This document shows, piece after piece, positions 1 through 12,949 of a stretch of DNA of 64,000 nt. A program made the translations under genes and the position numbers. Source of the stretch: Eledone cirrhosa (lineage: Eukaryota); the NCBI GenBank assembly GCA_964016885.1, contig OZ024757.1, positions 10,850,001 through 10,914,000 of the forward strand, read 5' to 3'. Below the pieces are notes generated by a model, which was not told where the DNA came from, did no database searches, and saw nothing but the letters and a program-made list of their open reading frames with translations. Every line of letters starts with the position of its first letter. Positions within the stretch are counted from its first letter, which is position 1.

Positions 1-11
1 TAATTACTTAC

Positions 12-154
12 TAAATTCATCCACCGTACATACAGTCATTCCACACTGTGTACAATGTTCAATTGTGGAACAACATTTTCCACAATCAACTTTATGTTGA
101 CATGGAGTGGATGTATTGGTGGCTTTATTAATCTGACATGGGTGACATACAGCT
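12..154 (-). CDS. Exon encoding a C3HC4 RING finger (IAP/Mind-bomb-type spacing) of a probable E3 ubiquitin ligase gene
   Basis: Peptide AVCHPCQINKATNTSTPCQHKVDCGKCCSTIEHCTQCGMTV fits C-x2-C-x11-C-x-H-x3-C-x2-C-x6-C-x2-C. Preceded on the minus strand by the acceptor tttattttcttttacag (AG at 156-155). Followed by a GTAAGT donor at 11-6, or alternatively reads to TAA at 6-4. Confidence 0.75.
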
Positions 155-469
155 CTGTAAAAGAAAATAAAGATACAACTCACCAACAACATTAATTTAC
201 ACCCAATATTACATTGTATACAAGTTTACAGAGATTATGTGTGAAGGGTACAACAACCTCTCTAGTATTGGTGACATGATAAAATACAACCAGTACACTC
301 TGTAATGTGGTTGGTAATAGGAAGGGCTTCCTGTCATACAAAACTTTCCAAACAAAGGATAGAAAGGATTCTGTAGTGGTTTCAAAGACATGACAACATC
401 CCTAGTGCTGGTGCCATGATTAAATCAGCAGTGCATTTCATGATGATGATGATGATTTATAATAAAGGG

Positions 470-552
470 TGGGATTTGAACTAAGAACGTTCAGGGCCAT
501 AACTCTATGCTGCAAAGCATGGTGTGTGACGCTCTACTGATACTGCCAATCC
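470..552 (-). mobile_element. tRNA-derived SINE (family A), head fragment
   Basis: Reverse complement matches the head of the SINE at 8887-9075 (tggattggcagtat...agttcaaatc). Confidence 0.6.
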
Positions 553-712
553 ATAATAATAATGAAAATTATTGTGTACAATGCTCAGGTGCACTACAAC
601 TCATCAAAGGTGCATGTATTGTACATAGAGTAATGTAGAAATATCAGGAAAGTGAACAGTGATTGAGTCATGATATACACACACACATGCGTGCATGTAT
701 GGAGGTGTGAAC

Positions 713-1340
713 ATCAGGTGTAGTGTTGGAGAATTTCAGGAAGGATGGAGGTGTTAAAGGATGCAGTGTCCTGACAGCTAACAACTGATGCAGGTAGTTG
801 GTTCCATGCTTCAGTAACTCTGAGCATGAAAAGATGTTTCTGAAAGTCATGGGGTCTGTACTGGTTTCCTGCTATTTCTTGGCTTAAAGCAGAAATCAGT
901 TGTCGAACTTCTGCAACTTCTGTATTGAGGGTCTATTTTTGTTGTTGTTGATGTTCTTCAACAGGAATGGTAGGGGAAGACATGGTAGTTGGATTGTGTT
1001 GTTGTTCAACAACAATGGTATAGGAAGACACACATGCCAGGGACTGAAAGGACCAATTTGGTAGCTGCACCTTTTCCTAGAATCCATCCATCATCGAAAT
1101 ATGGTGTCTCTTTTTTGACCTGGGATCTTTGGAAAGTTTATGGCACATTGAAAACAGAGAGAAACATGACATTTACCACATTGAATCTATCTATTTTGGA
1201 AATAGTTCTTGGGTTCGGTACATAGATGACAGACGTGATTTTCCTGGCAATCTTCTATTTTGGGACAGTGAACAGTTTTATTACACACACCTCATCTATG
1301 GATGTCACTATAGCAATTATGTTCTGTCTGTCCATCCATA
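713..1340 (-). mobile_element. Degenerate CR1/L2-type LINE remnant
   Basis: Minus frame at about 851-714 reads HDFQKHLFMLRVTEAWNQLPASVVSCQDTASFNTSILPEILQHYT*, resembling the CR1 ORF2 C-terminus. The upstream boundary is uncertain. Confidence 0.55.
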
Positions 1341-1632
1341 CAATACAACAATAGTTAAACAAATAGATATGTCTAAGTATAGCACACTTGTTAAGGAGAT
1401 CAATAAAATATATTTTCTTTCTGTTTTCCTATTCTACGTGTGTGTATATAAAAAGATCTACACATGTATATATAATTAAGAGATGTATATAGGCTAGAAA
1501 TGAAGTCTATATCCAGAGTTTATAATGTAGGTACGATAGTTACTATAGTTTCTCACACACGGAACAGGATTCCCTTGCACGTTCTGTGTGTAGGTATATA
1601 TATATGTGTGTGCGTATGTATATATATATATA

Positions 1633-2123
1633 TTGGTAAACGGAATAGAAAATGCTGACAAATTGTTCACAGTTGAAAAATGGTTTAATTAGGAATAAAA
1701 GAGTATTAGTGACTGTATGGGTTAGTATTCAGTTGTGGTTTTAAGTTTTTAAGTTTTTACCTGTTGCGCATTTCTAAATGCTTTTCAAAAATAATTTTGA
1801 GATAGAGTGTCCGTGTTGTTTGCTCTGATCTGATTAGTTTTGGGAGTTCTACCTGTTTTTATGTTAAAAAAGTGGCTCCAGCGTTACTTTGGTGTTGCAA
1901 AAATTCTTGTGGTCAAAACAATTTTGATTGGTCGGTAGAGGTCATGTGAATGTAAAAAATTGATTTTGCGCCAAGACTGTTTTTATGTTAAAAAAGTGGC
2001 TCCAGCGCTACTTGGTGTTTGCAAAAATTCTTGTGGTCAAAACAATTTTGATTGGTCGGTAGAGGTCATGTGTATAAAGAATTGGTTTTGCGCCAAGATT
2101 GAGAAATGACTCTTTCACAACAA

Positions 2124-2202
<79 letters not shown>

Positions 2203-2669
2203 TGTGTAGTAGTAGTAGTAAGGTGTTCGATGTTGTGATAATGGTTAGCAGGGATGTGTGTCAAATGGCTATTAAGATAAGTGTGTGTGTGTGTGTATGT
2301 GTGTGTATAGCAGAGTAATTCGTGGTAGCAGGGATGGTCAGTAAGAATGTGTCTGAAAGTGTGTGGGGGATATTTTAGCATGTCAAAAGATATTTTTCAG
2401 CTTTTGTCTTATATGGAGAAGTGCGTGTGTGTGTGTGTGTGTATAAGTCTCTTTGTATGTTAATGTACGCGTGTGTATGTGTGTGTGTATATATATATAT
2501 GTGTGTGTGTGTGTGGGTGGACCAGTATTTTTTTTTTTTTTCCCCTGGTAAAATGGTGTACATTATTCGATGTTTTCAGTAAGATCGGTTCTCTTAATAG
2601 AACATCAAAAATCTTAACAATAACAGGTGTGAAATGATATTCACTATATATATATACACATACATATAT

Positions 2670-2713
<44 letters not shown>

Positions 2714-2716
2714 TAC

Positions 2717-2761
<45 letters not shown>

Positions 2762-3161
2762 TTTTTTTGTGTTGCACCATAGAGCATGTGTGTTTACGTA
2801 TGTCATTGTGTTTATATGTCTTGGCGCAAAATCAATTTTTTACATTCACATGACCTCTACCGACCAATCAAAATTGTTTTGACCACAAGAATTTTTGCAA
2901 CACCAAAGTAACGCTTGAGCCACTTTTTAACATAAAAGCAGGTAGAATTTCCAAAACTAATCAGATCAGAGCAAACAACACGGACACTCTATCTGAAAAT
3001 TATTTTTGAAAAGCATTTAGAAATGCGCAACCGGTAAAAACTTAAAAACTTAAAACCACAACTGAATGCTAACCCATACAATCACTAATACTCTTTTATT
3101 CCTAATTAAACCATTTTTCAACTGTGAACAATTTGTCAGCATTTTCTATTCCGTTTACCAA
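1633..3161. repeat. About 345-bp inverted repeat (1633-1977 / 2818-3161), PLE pseudo-LTR-like, with a hammerhead-like motif in each arm
   Basis: Arms are near-perfect reverse complements ending in TA runs. 3003-3039 reads TTT-TTGAAAA-GCATT(TAGA)AATGC-GCAA-CCGG-TA-AAA. 1977-2098 is a direct duplication of 1853-1976. Confidence 0.8.
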
Positions 3162-3196
3162 TATATAATAACTTGTGTGTTACACCTCTATTCTTT

Positions 3197-3259
<63 letters not shown>

Positions 3260-3320
3260 TAGAAAGTGAGGTTTTTTTTGCAAAATGAAAAATAACCGAG
3301 GTATCCTATACGACTGAAAG

Positions 3321-3616
3321 TATAAAGAAAAAGAGATGAAATCGAAAATGCAACTGGAGTCTTATTTTTTTTTTAAATATATATATTTATTTTGTTCCTT
3401 TACCGGTTTCGCAGTTCTTCTGCTTTTCAAAAGGTGAGTTGAGATGGAGGGTCTGTGGTTTTACTCACATCAGATGTGAGAAAAACCTCAGACCCTCCAT
3501 CTCAACTCACCTTTTGAAAAGCAGAAGAACTGCGAAACCGGTAAAGGAACCAAATAAATATATATATTTAAAAAAAAATTAAGACTCCAGTTGCATTTTC
3601 GATTTCATCTCTTCTT

Positions 3617-3623
<7 letters not shown>
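3321..3623. repeat. Near-perfect 300-bp fold-back palindrome centred at 3472 (PLE pLTR-derived)
   Basis: Arms reverse-complementary around ctcacatc-a-gatgtgag; abuts (TA)n. Confidence 0.9.
3510..3547 (+). ncRNA. Minimal type I hammerhead ribozyme (U3:A8 variant); mirror copy at 3397-3434 on minus
   Basis: CCTT / TTGAAAA / GCAG-AAGAA-CTGC / GAAA / CCGG / TA / AAGG, followed by AATAAA. Confidence 0.8.
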
Positions 3624-3709
<86 letters not shown>

Positions 3710-3867
3710 TAGATATGTGTGTATGTATATATATGTGAGTGTGTATGTATATATATGTGTGCGTGAATCTACATATATATATGTGTGTGTGTGTATATAC
3801 ATATATATATATGTGTGTGTGTGTGTGTGTATCTACATATATATATATGTGTGTGTGTGTGTGTATC

Positions 3868-3922
<55 letters not shown>

Positions 3923-3934
3923 ATCTACATATAT

Positions 3935-6900
3935 TTAATTGAATTAAGACTAGTTCTAAATAGAACTACTGTGACAATAATATCTGCTTATGCACCCCAA
4001 TCTGGTTTACCTGACGTTATAAAAGACAGGTTCTATGAGATGCTAATGCACACTACCTCCCAAATAACAGACAGTGACTACTTAATTATTGCTGCCGATC
4101 TAAATGGTCACGTTGGACAACATTGTGACGGCTATGACAGAATCCATGGAGGCTATGAGTTTCGTATTAGAAATGAGGAAGGCTTCAGGATCCTGGAATT
4201 TTGTGACACTAATAACCTAACTATCTGTAACACAAAATTCAAAAAACGAGACAATGACTTGGTCACCTATAGATCAGGGGACAACGCCAACCATATATAC
4301 GATATCCTTTCTAGAAGACGTGACAGAGTGTTTGTTGTAAACACCAAATCCCTCCCCCGTGAAGAATTCACCTCCCAACATAGCCTAGTAGTTAGTGACC
4401 TCATAGTCAGGACTAGACATACTCGACGACAGAGGAAGACTACCTTAAGGAGAAGATGGAAGTTGAAGGACCTCACAGCCAATAAAAAATTTAAAAGCAT
4501 ATTAGTTAATGCTTTTGACAGTAAAGAGGTGCAATTAGAGACATACAATATAGAGGAACAGTGGGTATTCTTGAAAGTTACCCTGCTGAAGGCAACAGAT
4601 GAAATCTGTTGCTGGAGCAGACCTATAGGCAGGAGGAGAGTAACTTGGAGGTGGAGGAGACAATCAGGCTTGGAAAGTATGGTGGGATGGGGAAAGTAGA
4701 GAACACTATTAGGTGGCCAGGAGACAATTGTACTTTGCAAGAAGGGAAGCAGAGAATAGAAAGTTCAAGCATGTTCTACAACGTGAGGTGTTCAGGATCA
4801 CAACATAAAGCGTCAAGGAAAACCGTGATATTGTCAGGGAGAAGTGTGTCCATAATGGAGATCGTGTACTTGCCCTCACTGATACTGATAAGAAGGTAGC
4901 TTGGAAGTGTCACTACGAGAGACTACTAAAAGAGGAGAATAAATGGAAAAAAGATAGTCTGCCCCAAATCGATCCAATAGAGGGACTAACGGTGCAAGTT
5001 AATGGTAGTATAGTAAGTAAGGCAATCAAAGATATGAAGACAGGCAAGGCAGCTGGGCCTTCAGAGATAGTTGTTGAGATGTTGAAAGCATCTGGAATGG
5101 TGGAACATACTATGGAGACCCAGATAGTAAACCAAGTAATACAGAATGGGGTCAGACCAGATGACTGGCGTATCAGCATCATCGTTAACTGCTACAAGGG
5201 CAAATGAGATGCCCTAGATAGGGGAAACTATAGAGGCATTAAGGTAGTTGACCAGGTCATGAAGGTCACAGAAAGAGTTATTGCACAACTAATCAGAGAT
5301 CGAATTGATCTAGATGAAATGCAGTGTAGTTTCGTGCCAGGTAAAAAGTACTACAGATGCTTTTTGCCCTGTACAGCAACTACAGGAGAAGTACCTAGCT
5401 AAAAGTAAACACCTTACTTAGCTTTTGTTGACTTGTAGAAAGCCTTTGACAGAGTCCCCCACTCCATTATCTGGTGGGCCTTTAGAAATGTAGGAGAGAT
5501 GAATGGCTTGTGAGAGCTATACAAGCCATGTATAAAGAAAGTCAGCAAGGTTAGAATTAACAATGAATATAGTGAAGAATTTAGTGTAAAAGTAGGTGTT
5601 CAGCAAGGCCCCATCCTTAGCTTCCTCCTGTTTATTATTGACCTTCAGGCTATAATAGAGGGGTTTAAAACCAGCTGCCCATGGGAACTTCTATATGCAG
5701 ATGATCTAACTCTCCTAGCCTAATCTATGGCTGAACTAGAGAAGAAATTCCCAAAATGGAAGCATGACCTTGAATCAAAAGGCCTTAAAGTTAACTTGTC
5801 TAAGCCTAAAGGTTGTATGTAGAAAAGAAAATAGGGCACTGGTGCCATGCTCAGTGTGTAGGAAAGGAGTAGGTAGAAATTCCATTCTATGTCCCAAATG
5901 CACACTATGGGTACATAAAAGATGTAGTGATATCACATGTCAGCTATCTAAGAATGTAGATTTTATATGTGGCCGATGCTCATGTGAAATAAGCAGCAAG
6001 TACCCACAGGATACTAGCACCTTCTACTGCCCATATGGTTCTATAGAAATAGTGGACACTTTCTGTTGCCTGGAGGATAAAATCAGCAGTGGAGGGTGCT
6101 ATGAAAGTGTAGTAGCCAGAGTTAGAACGGGATGGAAAAAGCTCAGAGAGCTTATACCGCTGCTAGACACAACACGTTTCTCTCTAAAAATGAAAGGCAG
6201 ATTGTTTGATGCTTGTATACGAACAGCAATGCTACATGGCAGTGAGACATGGGCATTGTGTGCAGAGGACCTGCGCAGATTGGAAAGGAACAAAGCATGT
6301 AATTGTAATATACATGAACAGCAAAACATAAAGGAACTAAGTGATAATTAGGATTAAGAGGGATCAGATTCTGTTTACTTGAGAGAAGATTATGTTAGTA
6401 TGGTCATGTGATGCACATGAACGATGACAGCTTTATAAAAAAGTGCAGGGTGATCAAAATTGATGGAAGTTACGGAGTAGGTAGACCCAGAAAAACCTGG
6501 GACGACATAAAATCCAACCTTGCACACTTACACCTCTCTTAGACAATGTCACTGGATCCAGATCTATTGCACCACACAGTAACAGAGAAGAACTGCCTTC
6601 CCTATGTGCAAAGGTAACCTACAGTCAGTAGGACCCTCCTAACCAAATATACACCCCAACCCACAAACCCTACTCCATCCACCCACTCCCACCAACACCA
6701 CCCTGTCTCTATAAAGTTATGTTGGTACCACACCATCCAGTCCAAACTAAAGAGGTAGTGTAGGTGTCATCACGAAAAGACTCCCAGTCCACACTGGAAA
6801 TGTGGTTGGTGTTAGGAAGGGCATCCAGCTGTAGAAAACCTGCCAGATACAGTCTAATACGAGCGAGACACGGTCACCCGATCATCTTGCCTGAAGTAGG

Positions 6901-6962
6901 ACAATTCCCGTCTAACCCATGCTAGCGTTGAAGATAGACATTAAATGATAATGATGATGATG
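3935..6962 (+). mobile_element. RTE-clade LINE (family 1), disrupted: APE endonuclease, RT, Cys-rich insert, (GAT)n tail
   Basis: ORF pieces ISAYAPQ..ADLNGHVG (EN), KTGKAAGPSEI, LLYADD, CSVCRKGVGRNSILC, MLHGSETW; many stops and frameshifts. Confidence 0.92.
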
Positions 6963-7319
6963 ATATATAGTGTATATAATAGTTGTAATGTCACTGGTGC
7001 TGATCTATATCAGCCTTTCCCTTGGATAACATGACATATAGTCTATATATATTGGACAATATTATATATAGTGTATATGTGGTGTGTATAGCAGTTGTGA
7101 CAATATTCTATATACATATGTACACACACACTGACAAACATGTATATACATATAGAAGGGTTGGATGAGGAGTTCATAGACTGACCAAGTTACTCTCATG
7201 GAATGAGACAATGCATACATACAAATATATAATATATATATGTATACAAACTCATATATATTGTATAGTGAAGTCATACAACATATGGTAATATCATGTT
7301 TTCGATTGTCAGTTAGGGA

Positions 7320-7683
7320 GGTACATTGTGTCCTTAAGCAAGACACATCATTCCACATGTCTCTAATATCCACAGCTGAAAAAGACAAGTATCAGCTTTA
7401 TTTGGAGGTTTAGCATGGGTTGGATCATTCCCTGCCTCCAACATTTTCCCTGCAGCCACAAACCCAGGCTTTACTACCTGCAAGGGCATCCAGCTGTAGA
7501 AAACCCGCCAGACAGTCCTATGCGAGCAAGACAACCACTCTTGCCTCAAGTGGGAAAACTCCCGTGCAAACCCATGCAAGCGTGGAAGATGGACGTTAAA
7601 CGATGATGATGGTGATGATGATGATGATGATGATGATGATGCATATGTACTTACACACACATATTTATAAATGTGTATACATA

Positions 7684-7738
<55 letters not shown>

Positions 7739-7931
7739 ATGTCATAGATCCTATTATGTGTTCAATTCTCAGTTACGCAGGTACATTGTGTCCTTAAGCA
7801 AGACACATCATTCCACATGTTTCTAATATCCACAGCTGAAAAAGACAAGTATCAGCTTTAGCATGGGTTGGATCATTCTCTGCCTCCAACATTTTCCCTG
7901 CAGCCACAAACCCTGGCTTCACTACCTGCAA
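7320..7931. repeat. About 160-bp direct repeats (7320-7482, 7780-7931) flanking an RTE family-1 tail fragment (7482-7641)
   Basis: ggtacattgtgtccttaagcaagacac...actacctgcaa present twice; aagggcatccagctgtag...(GAT)n between them. Confidence 0.75.
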
Positions 7932-8185
7932 TAGAGAGAATAGGGAGATAGTTAAATACCGGGGCCTGACTAACCATTTCCTCTTTGTCCCCACACTGTT
8001 GATTTCCTTCTCAAAATTAGAAACACAGCAGCCCACTTGAGGAAGGAGTCCCATGAGGTGGGGTGGATCTTGTAGTGGGTGTCTCTGGCTATTCTCTGTG
8101 GTAACACCTTTGTCATTTTGTCTGTAGGGTGGGGCTACATCACAGCTCAGACTGAAATATAAAGTCTGTCCTCCCATTATTTTCG

Positions 8186-8372
8186 TTGGATTGGCAGTAT
8201 CGGTAGAGCGTTGGACGCCATGCTTTGTAGCATAGAGTTACCTCCCTTTATGATCTGAGTTCAAATCCCGCCAGAGTTAACTTTGCTTTTCATCCTTACG
8301 AGGTCGATAAAATAAAGTACCAGTAATACACTAGGATAATTACTGGCCTTGTGCCTAAAGTAGAAATAATTA
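8186..8372 (+). mobile_element. tRNA-derived SINE (family A)
   Basis: A box TGGCAGTATCGG, B box GAGTTCAAATCC, conserved body tttcatccttacgaggtcgataaaataaagtaccag. Confidence 0.85.
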
Positions 8373-8886
8373 TTTTCGTTGTTTGATTCGTTTTTTTTTT
8401 TTCCCATTACTTAAATATTTTATTACCTTTAATAATGTGTTTTGGTTTAATATGAACAGTTATATAACATTAATAACGTTATTTATTCGAATCTGAATAA
8501 AGTACTAGCATATCTATTGAACGTATGAATCTAAACTATAATAAAAGAAGGTGCGCGGGATTGTGTACGGTTTATAATTGTTTATCCCATTAGTAACATA
8601 AGTTGGATTACTTTGAATAAATAATGAATGAATATTACATAATTTATCTACTAAATTTCGTGGCTGTTGATTAAATATATTTTGTTTATTTAAAGATTCA
8701 CTTCTTTAAAATTTCTGAAATGTCAACGCTTCCGGTTTGGCCATCACTTCAATAAACTATTAATTTTCTCCTAATGCAGTTTATATATAATATCGTCTTT
8801 TTTAATGTATCATGGATTACGTTACTGATTACATAAGACAGTGTAACACAGTCTTCGTTCAATTTCTGTGTATTATATATTGTCAA

Positions 8887-9076
8887 GGCGGTGGATTGGC
8901 AGTATTGGTAGAGGGTCGGACGCTATGCTTTGACGCATAGAGTTACGGCCCTTGCCATTCTGAGTTCAAATCTCGCCGAGGTTAACTTTGCCTTTCATCC
9001 TTACGGGGTCGATAAAATAAAGTACCAGTAATACACTCGGTATTTGCTGGTATTGTGCCTAACGTAGAAACAATTA
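8887..9076 (+). mobile_element. tRNA-derived SINE (family A)
   Basis: Same A/B boxes and body as 8186-8372. Confidence 0.85.
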
Positions 9077-10122
9077 TATATTGTCAATTATGATTGTATT
9101 TAATGTAGCCTATCTACCTGTATATATATATATACTTGCGTATAATATCAATATACACACTACACATGCTAGCAGAAAACCTCCCAAAGGTAGCATGTGT
9201 AGTGTGTATATTGATATTATACGCAGGTATATACATACATGTATCATATATACCTGTGTATAATATCAATATACACACTACACATGCTACCTTCGAGTGG
9301 TTTTCTGCAAGTTCATATAACGGAAGTTGTTTCTGAATGTAATAAATTATGAGGGGGACTTTTAAGTCATGACACCGGTTTCAACTAGACGGTGAAATAT
9401 TACCATTTATATCTGCTCCATTGTTACAACTTAAACCTCATCTAATTTTATCTTTTATGGTGATTATTTCATATTAAGGTGGACGTTAATGTTTGTAAAT
9501 AACATAAGGTGACTTATTTACCTTATAGTTGTTGTTTTATCACCTGTATTATTAAATATTGAAGCGGTTGTTCAACATTTTACAGGACTAGAAAATATTA
9601 TTTTAATCAGAAATCAGTGAACATTTAGTTTTTACTAACTTTTCTTGACTTTATATTTGATCTTGAGAACTAAAGTACGTATTATTTCGTTTTCCACCAC
9701 AACACAAACATTGTGAACTTTTCTATCTGAAGTGAAATATCTTGATTTATTACAACACCTACACACATACGTCTATTTATTTCTCTCTCTTATACCTACA
9801 CACTGTATGTCTGTATATATATTAACCTTCATCTTTTGAAATTATGGATATTAATTCTCTTGTCACCTGAACTGTCCTCAATAACAAGAACCTTAACTAT
9901 AGAAGTCTTATTCGTCTGTTTTATGAGCTGAGGATTTTATTGTTAATAGAGCTTCTCTCACCTTAACAAAAATAAAAAAAATATACACACACACACATGT
10001 GTGTATATATATATACACACTTCCAAGATCAGTCTTACCCTTTCATACATCTTATTACTTTACCAACTGAATGCTACATTTCTTAATATATGAGTGGAAG
10101 TGGTGAGATTCCTTTATGAAAT

Positions 10123-10566
10123 ATGTCTGAATATAACTGTGTGATTTGCAGGAAAACTTTCTCTTCAAAACTGAAACTATCCTCACACGAGAAAATACAC
10201 AGTAGAGAAAAACCCTTCCACTGTGAAACATGTGAGAAATCTTTTACTGATAATTCTGCTCTTGTCGTCCACATACGGAGTCACACTGCAGAAAAACTCT
10301 TCCATTGTGAAATATGTGGGAAATCTTTTACTAATAATTCTGCCCTTGTTATCCCCATACGGAGGCACACTGGAGAAAAACCCTTCCACTGTGAAATATG
10401 TGGGAAATCTTTTTCTGAGAGTTCTCATCTTGAACGTCACAAAAGAATACATACTGGTGAAAAAACTTATGTGAAATATGAGGTAAATCTTTCACTCAGA
10501 ATTCGTCACTGGTTGTTCACCTACGTAGTCAACAGTTGTGGTAAACCCTATCACTGTGAAATATGA
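10123..10566 (+). CDS. C2H2 zinc-finger gene or pseudogene with a decayed 3' array
   Basis: Fingers 1, 2 and 4 are intact CxxC..HxxxH with TGEKP-like linkers. Finger 3 has His-to-Pro. Finger 5 is frameshifted with TGA (EI*GKSFTQNSSLVVHLRS). Finger 6 is truncated. Confidence 0.8.
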   Translation: MSEYNCVICRKTFSSKLKLSSHEKIHSREKPFHCETCEKSFTDNSALVVHIRSHTAEKLFHCEICGKSFTNNSALVIPIRRHTGEKPFHCEICGKSFSESSHLERHKRIHTGEKTYVKYEVNLSLRIRHWLFTYVVNSCGKPYHCEI

Positions 10567-10653
10567 AAAACATATATAGACACACTTTGGAAAGCAGAAT
10601 ATAAAATGTGAAGCTTGAGAAATCTTATATATCTTAACATATATGTTGTGTGT

Positions 10654-12860
10654 CATCATCATCATCATCATCGTTTAACATCCATCTTCCACGCTAGCAT
10701 GGGTCTGGACGGGAATTGTCCCACTTGAGGCAAGATTGGTTGTCTTGCTCAGGACTGTCTGGCGGATTTTCTATGGCTGGATGCCCTTCCTAACACCAAC
10801 CAAGTTTACAGTGTGGACTGGGAGATTTTTATATATATATATATAATGAGAGGTACACAAAAATTTATGTCTAATATTTCTTCTTACTTTATAATATGTT
10901 TTATATATATATACATGTTATATATATATATATACATGATTTTTTTGTCGTGACACCTACACGACCTCATTTGTTTCGGACTGGATGTTGTGGTACCAAC
11001 AGAACTTTACAGAGAAAGGGGTGGTGTAAATGGCGGTGGGATGGGGGTGTATATTTGGTTAAGAGGTGCCTACTGACTGTAGGTTTCGCCTTGTACTTAG
11101 GCAAGGCGGGTCTTCTTTATTACTACGTAGCGCCAAAGATCTCTGTCCAGTGACTTGTCTTGGAGAGGTGTAAGTGTGTAAGGTCGGATTTTATCAAGTC
11201 GTCCCGGTTTTTCTGGGTCTGCCTAGCCCGTAGCTACCGTCTGTTTTGATCGCCCTGCACTTTTTTTATGCAGCTGTCATCTTTCATGCGCAGCACGTGA
11301 CCATACGAACGTAGTCTTCTCTCGAGTAAACAGCATCTGATCCCTCTTATTCCTAATTTCTCCCTTAGTTCGTTTATGCTTTGCCGTTCACTTACTATTA
11401 CACATCCAACGGAGAATGCAAGCTTCGTTCCTCTCCAGTCTGCGTAGATCCTCTGCACACAATGCCCAGGTCTCACTGCCACGTAACATCGCTGTTCGTA
11501 TGCAGGCATCATACAGCCTGCCTTTCATTTTTAGAGATAACTCTTTAGCGGCCAATAGTGGTATAAGCTCTCTGAACTTTTTCCATCCCGTTCTGACTCT
11601 AGCTACTGTACTTTCAGAGCACCCTCCACCACTGCTGATTTTGTCACTCAGGTAACGGTAGGTGTCCACTATTTCTATAGAAACATCTGGGCAATGGAAT
11701 GAGCTAGTATTCTGTGGGCATTTGCTGCTACTTATTGCACCAGAGCACCGGCCACATATAAAATCTATATTCTTAGTTAGCTTACCTGTGATCCCACTAC
11801 ATCTTTTATGCACCCATACTTTGCATTTGAGACATAAAATGGAGTTTCTGCCTACTCCTTTCCTACACACTGAGCATGGCCATTTCCCGGATGGGACCGG
11901 TGCCCTTTTTCCTTCATACATATTAGGACTTTAGTCTTAGACAAGTTAACTTTAAGGCCTTTTGATTCTAGGCCATGCTTCCATGTTTGGAATTTCTTCT
12001 CTAGTTCAGCCATTGATTCAGCTATGAGCGTTAGATCATCTGCGTATAGAAGTTCCCATGGGCAGCCGGTCTTGAACTCCTCCGTTATAGTTTGGAGGGC
12101 GATAATATATAGGAGGGGGCTAAGGACGGAGCCCTGATGAACACCAACTTTTACGCTAAACTCTTCACTATATTCGTTGTTAATTCTAACCTTGCTGACT
12201 GTTTCTTTATAATGGCTTGTATAGCTCTCACAAGCCATTCATCTACACCTAGTTTTCTAAGAGCCCAACAGATAATGTAGCTGGGGACTCTGTCAAAGGC
12301 TTTCTCCAGGTCAACAAAAGCTAAGTAGAGGGGTTTACTTTTAGCTAGGTACTTCTCCTGTAGTTGTCGTACAATGAAACGAGCGTCTGTTGTACTTTTA
12401 CCTGACACAAACCCGAACTGCATTTCATCTAGATCAATTCGATCTCTGATTAGTTGCGCTATGACTTTTTCTGTGACCTTCATGACCTGGTCAATTAATT
12501 TAATGCGTCTATAGTTTCCCCTATCTAGGGCATCTCCTTTACCCTTGTAGCAGTTAATGATGATGCTGCTACGCCAGTCCTTTGGTACGACCCCATTCTG
12601 TATAATTTGGTTTACTATCCGGGTGACCATAGTGTGTCCCACCGTTCCACATGCTTTCAGCATTTCAGCAACTATTTCCGAAGGCCCAGCTGCCTTGCCC
12701 GTCTTCATATCTTTGATTGCCTTACTTATTATACTACCTTCGAGTTGCACTGCTGGTCTCTCTATTGGATCGATGTGGGGGAGACTGTCTTTCTCCCATT
12801 TATTCTCCTCATTTAGTAGCCTTTCGTAGTGACACTTCCAAGCCACCTTCTTATCAGCGT
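10654..12860 (-). mobile_element. RTE-clade LINE (family 1), 5'-truncated, frameshifted
   Basis: ORFs 12151-12846, 11852-12238 (GVHQGSVLSPLL, LYADD), 11388-11921; (CAT)n tail at 10654. Confidence 0.93.
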
Positions 12861-12949
12861 CATATATATATATGATAATAATAATTGTTTCTTTCTCTCA
12901 TTTGTATGTGTGTATATATATATATTTATTATTTTTATTTTTTAATACA

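Noticed and set aside
1655-1700. Inward-facing ctgacaa..gaaa hammerhead-like string
   Set aside because: Core mismatched and no stem I or III; the outward-facing motif fits better.
7794-7955. Minus-strand acceptor-like tract followed by VVKPGFVAAGKMLE as a possible exon of the RING gene
   Set aside because: No convincing donor, runs into a SINE, and no recognisable domain.
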